Below, in pieces: positions 58,593 to 64,000 of a stretch of 64,000 bases of DNA; the first letter of the stretch is position 1, and the number at the start of each line of letters is the position of its first letter. Source of the stretch: Paracoccaceae bacterium (lineage in GTDB: Bacteria > Pseudomonadota > Alphaproteobacteria > Rhodobacterales > Rhodobacteraceae). The notes beneath the pieces are model-generated. The model was not told the DNA's origin. It saw nothing but the letters and a program-made list of their open reading frames with translations, and made no database searches. The DNA is taken from NCBI GenBank assembly GCA_024227475.1, contig JAAEUI010000235.1:5210-69209 (forward strand), given 5' to 3'. Made by a program: the position numbers and the translations under genes.

Positions 58593-59918
58593 ATGAATGG
58601 TTCGTTTAACAAGTTTGCGCAGGCCCTGTGCGCCGTCTCGCTGGCTCTGGTGCTGATCACCCTTTCCGCTTGTGCTGCCAACAACGTATTTGCCACGGCA
58701 CCGAATATCTACCGTGTTCCCGGTGTCTATCCGGACGCCCATATCCCAGCATCCAAACGCACCACACAAGCCCGGATTTACTATGTGACTGACCGTATGG
58801 TCCTGCCCGGAACCCCAAACAACCGCCGGTATGATTACGCCCGCTCAGCGTCGATGGCCCTGGGCCACGTTACCGCCGCCTTTGGCGAAGATATGACCTG
58901 GGAACAGCTGAAACAGGTCAGTGCTGGCAAACAGCCGGCGGCAAAGGTCCGGCTGGATGTGCACGCGGCCCGGGAAGTTGTGCGATTTGAGCCCACACCG
59001 CTGCCTTTTGACGCGCGTAATGGCAAAGTTCGGATCTCCTCCGCAGCGCTGAAGAAGTACAACGCCCAGACGTTTGTTTTTAAACGGGAAATCTCCCGCC
59101 AGCTGCGTGCTTCAAGCCGCAAGGAGATCACATTCTTCGTGCATGGGTTTTACAACGACTTTGAATACGCCGGGCGCACGACGGCCAATATCTGGCATTA
59201 TTCCGGTCGGGTCGGGGTGCCTGTATTTTACAGCTGGCCGGGCAGCAATCCAGGCCTGCTGGGCTATTTCCGAGACAAGGAGTCAGCGGAATATTCTGTT
59301 TATCACCTCAAAGAGACCCTGCGCATGCTGGCAGCGGTGCCTGAGCTGAAAAAGCTGCATATCATCGCCCACAGCCTAGGGACTGAACTGATCACCACGG
59401 CCCTACGGGAGATTATCATCGAAGAAAGCGCTGCCGGTCGCAACCCAATGCGAACCCTGAAAATTGCCAACCTGATCCTGGCCGCGCCTGATCTGGATTT
59501 CGGCGTTGTCACCCAGCGGCTGATTGCCGAGCGGGTCGGCCCCTCCTTTGGCCAGCTGACCGTCTATACCAACCCCAATGACGGCACGCTGGGGTTGGCG
59601 CAGATGCTGTCCCCGGGCAAACGCTTCGGGCGGTTGTCACCAAACGATCTGAACCCGCGTCAGCAGCGGATGCTGGGTACGGTCGGCAACGTGAATTTCA
59701 TCAATGTGGAAAAGGTCATCGGCAAGCGCGACCATTCCTATTTTCGCAAGAACCCGGACGTTCTGTCCGATATCGCCCGCCTGATTCAAACCGGTGCCCC
59801 GCCGGGCACCAAGGCGCGCCCGCTGGAGCACATCTCAGGCAATTTCTGGGGCATGCACGCAGGTTATCCGTTCACCCGACCAACAGAGAGGAAAGACCCC
59901 AAAAAGTTGATAAAATAG
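58593..59918 (+). CDS. Alpha/beta hydrolase lipoprotein (DUF900-like)
   Basis: Lipobox LSAC; YYVTDR, FVHGF, YSWP, AHSLG, AAPD, HSYF. Confidence 0.85.
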   Translation: MNGSFNKFAQALCAVSLALVLITLSACAANNVFATAPNIYRVPGVYPDAHIPASKRTTQARIYYVTDRMVLPGTPNNRRYDYARSASMALGHVTAAFGEDMTWEQLKQVSAGKQPAAKVRLDVHAAREVVRFEPTPLPFDARNGKVRISSAALKKYNAQTFVFKREISRQLRASSRKEITFFVHGFYNDFEYAGRTTANIWHYSGRVGVPVFYSWPGSNPGLLGYFRDKESAEYSVYHLKETLRMLAAVPELKKLHIIAHSLGTELITTALREIIIEESAAGRNPMRTLKIANLILAAPDLDFGVVTQRLIAERVGPSFGQLTVYTNPNDGTLGLAQMLSPGKRFGRLSPNDLNPRQQRMLGTVGNVNFINVEKVIGKRDHSYFRKNPDVLSDIARLIQTGAPPGTKARPLEHISGNFWGMHAGYPFTRPTERKDPKKLIK

Positions 59919-59938
59919 ATATTCTGGCCTCAATCAAC

Positions 59939-61234
59939 TCACAACAGCGGGCTGACCACCTGATTGAACGCCCGGCGCAATTTTGCCCCCCGCCGTAAGT
60001 TCACCTGCTCAACCCAGGCGATTTTACCCTCCAGCCTTGAAAGGGTCCTGGGATCAGATCTGGCCGGACCGGCGTTCTGTTTCAGCGCGTGAATCTCTGC
60101 TTTCAGTAAATCGAAATCCCTTCGTGGAATGTTGAGGAGTTGATTAACCACCAGACCCGTCACCACCTGCCGTTGATGCGCCAGCCGCAGTCGGGTTTTT
60201 TGGGGATTGACGGTAAACCCCTCCGCTGTCACGATTTTTGGGGCAATAGCGGCAACGGCCCGAACACATTTCTTGTCGCCAGAAAAGGCAAGGTCGTCTG
60301 CGTAGCGGGTATAGTTGAGGTCAAACCGCGCCGCTAGCCCGGCCAGCCTGCAGTCCAGCCGATATGCCGCAAGATTGGCCAGAGCCGGAGAGCTGGGCGC
60401 GCCCTGCGGTAGATGCCGTGACATCAGAGTTTTGGCGCTATGCCATTCGAGCTGAGCGGCAATGTCTGGCGGGGTTGATGTTGTGCAAAGATTGGCCAAC
60501 CCTTCCGCCACACTGTGGGGATAGCCAAAACAACGGAACTGAGCATAGACGCGGGCCTTGCCAACATTTGCGAAAAAATCCCGGATATCAAGCGACAGCA
60601 AAGCGGCCTCGCCCGCGTGTTTCTGGGCCGCCTGGCAGCAATTCTTACCAGCGATGAAACCAAAGCAATTCGGGTGTTGGGGAATGTGGTCAAGTATCTG
60701 CGATTTGATCCGGTGCTGGATCGTCTTCAGCGTCGTCTTAGGAGCTTCAATCAGACGTTTGCGGCCTGATTTCTTATCCAGAAAATGCGTCACATAATGG
60801 GTCACCGCGGGTTCAGGCGACCGCGCTGCAAATCCATATGGATCGGCGAAATACTGCAACCGCTCCAGCGGCAGAAGAAGCCAGTCGGCAACCTCAGCCT
60901 CGCTGAGGAGATGGGGCAGGGGTAAATCAACAAAAGCCCTGGTCGGCATCATCGTCGCCCGCTCGAAAGGGTGTCCCGGCCAATGGTTCCCCTTTTTGCA
61001 CAGCCGGTACAAGCGCTCAAAACCGTCCGACCCAGCCAGTATCTGGGCCGCACGGCCTGGAGTCGGTGAATAGGCCTTGGGATGCTGCGCCATTAGCGCC
61101 CGTGCAAGTTTTGGAACCAGTTTTCTTGCTTCCAGCGGAAATCGCCGGGAAAGGCAGCTTTCGATCTCCTCCCGTGTCCAGCGCAGGCTGGACAGGGAGA
61201 CAGCGAGGTTTCGGGTAGAGGCTTTTCTAATCAC
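59939..61234 (-). CDS. Retron-type reverse transcriptase with N-terminal extension
   Basis: KKSG.KRLIEAP, AAQKH, LDIRDFF, LPQGAPSSP, YTRYADDL, QVVTGLVVN; GTG start. Confidence 0.92.
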   Translation of the reverse strand: MIRKASTRNLAVSLSSLRWTREEIESCLSRRFPLEARKLVPKLARALMAQHPKAYSPTPGRAAQILAGSDGFERLYRLCKKGNHWPGHPFERATMMPTRAFVDLPLPHLLSEAEVADWLLLPLERLQYFADPYGFAARSPEPAVTHYVTHFLDKKSGRKRLIEAPKTTLKTIQHRIKSQILDHIPQHPNCFGFIAGKNCCQAAQKHAGEAALLSLDIRDFFANVGKARVYAQFRCFGYPHSVAEGLANLCTTSTPPDIAAQLEWHSAKTLMSRHLPQGAPSSPALANLAAYRLDCRLAGLAARFDLNYTRYADDLAFSGDKKCVRAVAAIAPKIVTAEGFTVNPQKTRLRLAHQRQVVTGLVVNQLLNIPRRDFDLLKAEIHALKQNAGPARSDPRTLSRLEGKIAWVEQVNLRRGAKLRRAFNQVVSPLL

Positions 61235-61257
61235 AAATTCTGTCTCTGTATTTTGTC

Positions 61258-61412
61258 ACAACGGTGCGGTTCACCAATCTTGTTCCGCATAACCAGCACT
61301 GGGCAACGCCCAGCAACGGTTGTGCTTTGAATGTACAGGTCGTGTGATATCGGCGGGGATGCCCCGCCGCTTTCAGGGTTTGTGGTCCCGAAAATCTAAA
61401 CCGCACCGCTGT
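61258..61412 (-). ncRNA. Retron msr-msd ncRNA
   Basis: 14-bp terminal inverted repeats 61258-61271 / 61399-61412; UUAG branch G at 61396; two msr hairpins; msd hairpin 61287-61325. Confidence 0.85.
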
Positions 61413-61533
61413 TGAGCAAGTCTAACTCGTAGCGAATTCTGATCAAGGCTGAAATAATACCCGCGTTGAATGACTTGCGAAAACTCTCCCAAAATCACAT
61501 ACAAACCAAAATGAAATCAAACGGAAGCGAACC

Positions 61534-62139
61534 CTGACAACCGCATTCCCCCTCTCCACTCCCGGCCTGCGCGTTGGTCTGCTTGGCGGTTCCTTTGATC
61601 CGCCGCACAGCGGCCACTTGCATATTTCACGCTGGGCGCTGAGGGAATTTGGCCTTGATCAGGTCTGGTGGCTGGTCAGCCCCGGCAACCCGTTGAAACG
61701 GCGCGGACCGGCGCCGCTCGCAAAACGCATGGCGGCCTGTAAAGCGCTGGTCAGCGATCCGCGTATCAAGGTTACGGACATCGAGGCGCAACTTGGCACG
61801 CGCTACACTGCGGCCACCCTGCAGGCACTGCTGCCACGGTATCGGGACGTGCGCTTTGTATGGTTGATGGGGGCGGATAACCTCGCAGATTTCCACCGCT
61901 GGAAAGACTGGGACTGGATCATGCAGACGGTGCCGGTTGGCGTTCTGGCCCGACCGGGCGAACAACTGGCTGCCGGATGTTCACCAACTGCCCGCCGGTT
62001 TCGCCGCTACCGCCTGTCCGCCCGGCGCTCCACCGCCCTGCCGTTTCGTGCCGCGCCTTGCTGGAGCCTGCTGAACGGGCCGATGGTGAATGTCTCCTCC
62101 ACCGCAATCCGCAAAGCGGGCGGCTGGGAAACAGAATAA
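61534..62139 (+). CDS. nadD: Nicotinate-nucleotide adenylyltransferase
   Basis: [14 protein letters not shown] lies in frame upstream of the track start at 61618; [22 protein letters not shown]; probable CTG start. Confidence 0.92.
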   Translation: MTTAFPLSTPGLRVGLLGGSFDPPHSGHLHISRWALREFGLDQVWWLVSPGNPLKRRGPAPLAKRMAACKALVSDPRIKVTDIEAQLGTRYTAATLQALLPRYRDVRFVWLMGADNLADFHRWKDWDWIMQTVPVGVLARPGEQLAAGCSPTARRFRRYRLSARRSTALPFRAAPCWSLLNGPMVNVSSTAIRKAGGWETE

Positions 62140-62266
62140 AGCGCTCGACGCAGGGAGAATTTGGCGGAACATTGAAAAGAAGGCAGGTCCTGGGGTAATA
62201 CAGAGGCCTTGAAGCTAGCCGGTTAGAAGGGTTTACTGGCAGCGACAGCGTAGTGGGCGTATCAGG

Positions 62267-63766
62267 ATGAAGACAAGCAGACGGGTGGTTTTGGCAGGAT
62301 TGCTGGCAAGCGCTGCCACCGGCGCTTTGGCCGGGGCTCCGCTCACTTCCCTGCACCCCAAGCCGCGCGGCCAGCGCAAAGCCCAATCGATCAAGCGCCG
62401 CCACACCCAGCCCGGCCTGGCGCGGATCATCGACGAAGCGGGGCTGTCGGGCAAACAGAGCATCGTTGTGGCTGACGTGGCCAGCGGCAAAATCCTGGAG
62501 TTTAGCGGCACCAACACAAAACTGCCGCCTGCCAGCGTCACCAAATCCATCACCGCGCTTTATGCGCTACACAATTTGGGCCCGGACTATCGGTTTACCA
62601 CGCGCCTGATCGGCACCGGGCCGGTGGTTAGTGGAGTCCTGCAAGGTGATCTGATCCTCGCCGGTGGTGGGGATCCCAATCTTGATACCGACGGGCTGGC
62701 CGAACTGGCGGATCAATTGAAAGCCAAAGGCGTACGCAAGATCACCGGCAAGTTCAAAACCTACGCCGGGGCGCTGCCTTATCAGCGGGTGATCGACCCC
62801 AAACAACCCGACCATGTGGGCTATAACCCGGCGATTTCCGGCCTCAACCTGAATTTCAACCGGGTGTATTTTGAATGGAAGCGCGCTGGCGAAGGTTACA
62901 CCGTGGCCATGGATGCCCGCACTGAACGCTTCCGCCCCACCGTGCGCGGCATCCGCATGTCGATTGTCAACCGCGAGGGCCCGTTGTTTACTTACAAAAA
63001 CGGCGGCGAGACGGAATACTGGACGGTGATGAGGAAGGCGCTTGGCAAGGGTGGCGGGCGCTGGCTGCCGGTGCGTGATACGGCGGGCTATGCGGGTGAG
63101 GTTTTTCGCTCCATCGCCGCGCAATACGGGATTTCCCTGCCCAAGCCGGTGGACAAGAAGGCGGCACCAAAAGGAACGGTTCTGGCACAGGAAAACAGCG
63201 GTCGGATGTGGGCGGTGCTGCGTGCCATGATGAAATACTCAACCAATCTGACGGCCGAGATTTCCGGCCTGACAACGACGCGCAAGCGTGGGGCCAAGGC
63301 CAAAACCCTGTCAGCTTCAGGCAAGGAAATGACAAACTGGGCGCATAAAGCCTATGGGATCAGCGGCGCGAAATTTGTTGATCACTCGGGGCTCGGCGAT
63401 GCTTCGCGGGTGTCCGCCGGGCAGATGACCAAAGTGCTGGTGAAATCCGGCTGGAACGGCGCCTTGCGTCCGGTGCTGAAAGAGATTCCGCTGGTGAATT
63501 CCAAGAACAAGAAAGCCCCGATTGAAGGGGTCAGGGTGGTTGCCAAAACCGGCACCCTCAATTTCGCCTCTGCCCTGTCGGGCTACGTAGACTGCCCCAA
63601 CGGCCGTAAACTGGCGTTTTCGATTTTCACTGCCGATATGGGCAAACGCGGCAAGATTTCAAAGGCCCAGCGGGAGCGCCCCGAAGGCGGACGCAGCTGG
63701 GGCAAACGCTCGCGCCGGATGCAGCAGAAGCTGCTCAGGAGGTGGGCGCTGGAGTATGGGGTGTAA
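62267..63766 (+). CDS. dacB: D-Ala-D-Ala carboxypeptidase/endopeptidase PBP4 (S13)
   Basis: PASVTK, GGGDP, STN, DHSGL, KTGT. Confidence 0.92.
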   Translation: MKTSRRVVLAGLLASAATGALAGAPLTSLHPKPRGQRKAQSIKRRHTQPGLARIIDEAGLSGKQSIVVADVASGKILEFSGTNTKLPPASVTKSITALYALHNLGPDYRFTTRLIGTGPVVSGVLQGDLILAGGGDPNLDTDGLAELADQLKAKGVRKITGKFKTYAGALPYQRVIDPKQPDHVGYNPAISGLNLNFNRVYFEWKRAGEGYTVAMDARTERFRPTVRGIRMSIVNREGPLFTYKNGGETEYWTVMRKALGKGGGRWLPVRDTAGYAGEVFRSIAAQYGISLPKPVDKKAAPKGTVLAQENSGRMWAVLRAMMKYSTNLTAEISGLTTTRKRGAKAKTLSASGKEMTNWAHKAYGISGAKFVDHSGLGDASRVSAGQMTKVLVKSGWNGALRPVLKEIPLVNSKNKKAPIEGVRVVAKTGTLNFASALSGYVDCPNGRKLAFSIFTADMGKRGKISKAQRERPEGGRSWGKRSRRMQQKLLRRWALEYGV

Positions 63767-63772
63767 AATTGA

Positions 63773-64000
63773 TCAGACGCTGCGCGCTCGGTTTTTTAGC
63801 CTTCTAACATTTTTGGGGAGCAGGACGAACCATTGAAGGTACCCGGCACTGACCATGATTGCCCAAAAAACAACTAAGTCGGCCCACAGCGATACGTTCA
63901 TTTTCCATAACTCGGCAAAACTCTCAAAAACAACAAAAAGACCTTGAAGTATCATCTCTAAAACAAAGCCTAATGGAGATGTGAGCGCGAGAACCTTAAG
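63773..64000 (-). CDS. 3' part of a low-GC membrane protein running off the window edge
   Basis: Frame is open from 64000 to the stop at 63773; hydrophobic, GYLQWF. Confidence 0.45.
   Translation of the reverse strand, partial: LKVLALTSPLGFVLEMILQGLFVVFESFAELWKMNVSLWADLVVFWAIMVSAGYLQWFVLLPKNVRRLKNRARSV

Noticed and set aside
58593-59918. Hydrolase as the retron effector
   Set aside because: Convergent orientation and an exported lipoprotein; cannot be fully excluded without synteny data
59939-61234. Group II intron or DGR reverse transcriptase diversifying eCIS genes
   Set aside because: Motifs are retron-type (QGA, YADD, VTG); no maturase domain, no avd, and no TR/VR pair noticed

Overview
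Roseobacter-like alphaproteobacterial chromosome window (taxon inferred from gene content, not verified). 1-27.3 kb is mostly core and metabolic: the 3' end of a putative Abi gene, a DUF6638/DUF1523-like cluster, ilvD, a K+ channel, a sulfatase, an M20 amidohydrolase, a peptide ABC transporter, a GT2 glycosyltransferase, and an acetate-use module (SLC5-histidine kinase, receiver protein, ScfR/RamB-type regulator, ABC transporter, acs). 28.0-54.9 kb is a ~27 kb single-strand extracellular contractile injection system (eCIS) locus: sheath, tube, chaperone-like gene, an unusual 16x (L-RR-Q-EEEE-AQ) repeat protein, DUF4255 cap, AAA ATPase, tube initiator, LysM, hub, spike, gp25, baseplate proteins and a DUF6519-like fibre. 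It ends in three DUF4157 candidate cargo genes whose C-termini look like a metalloprotease+IPT domain, a Tgl-like transglutaminase, and a tandem HNH-like nuclease. 55-64 kb holds DUF302, a REP doublet, a low-GC HEPN-like gene, ettA, an alpha/beta hydrolase, an apparently effector-less retron (RT plus a well-defined msr/msd ncRNA), nadD and dacB. All family calls come from motif recognition; no database searches were run.
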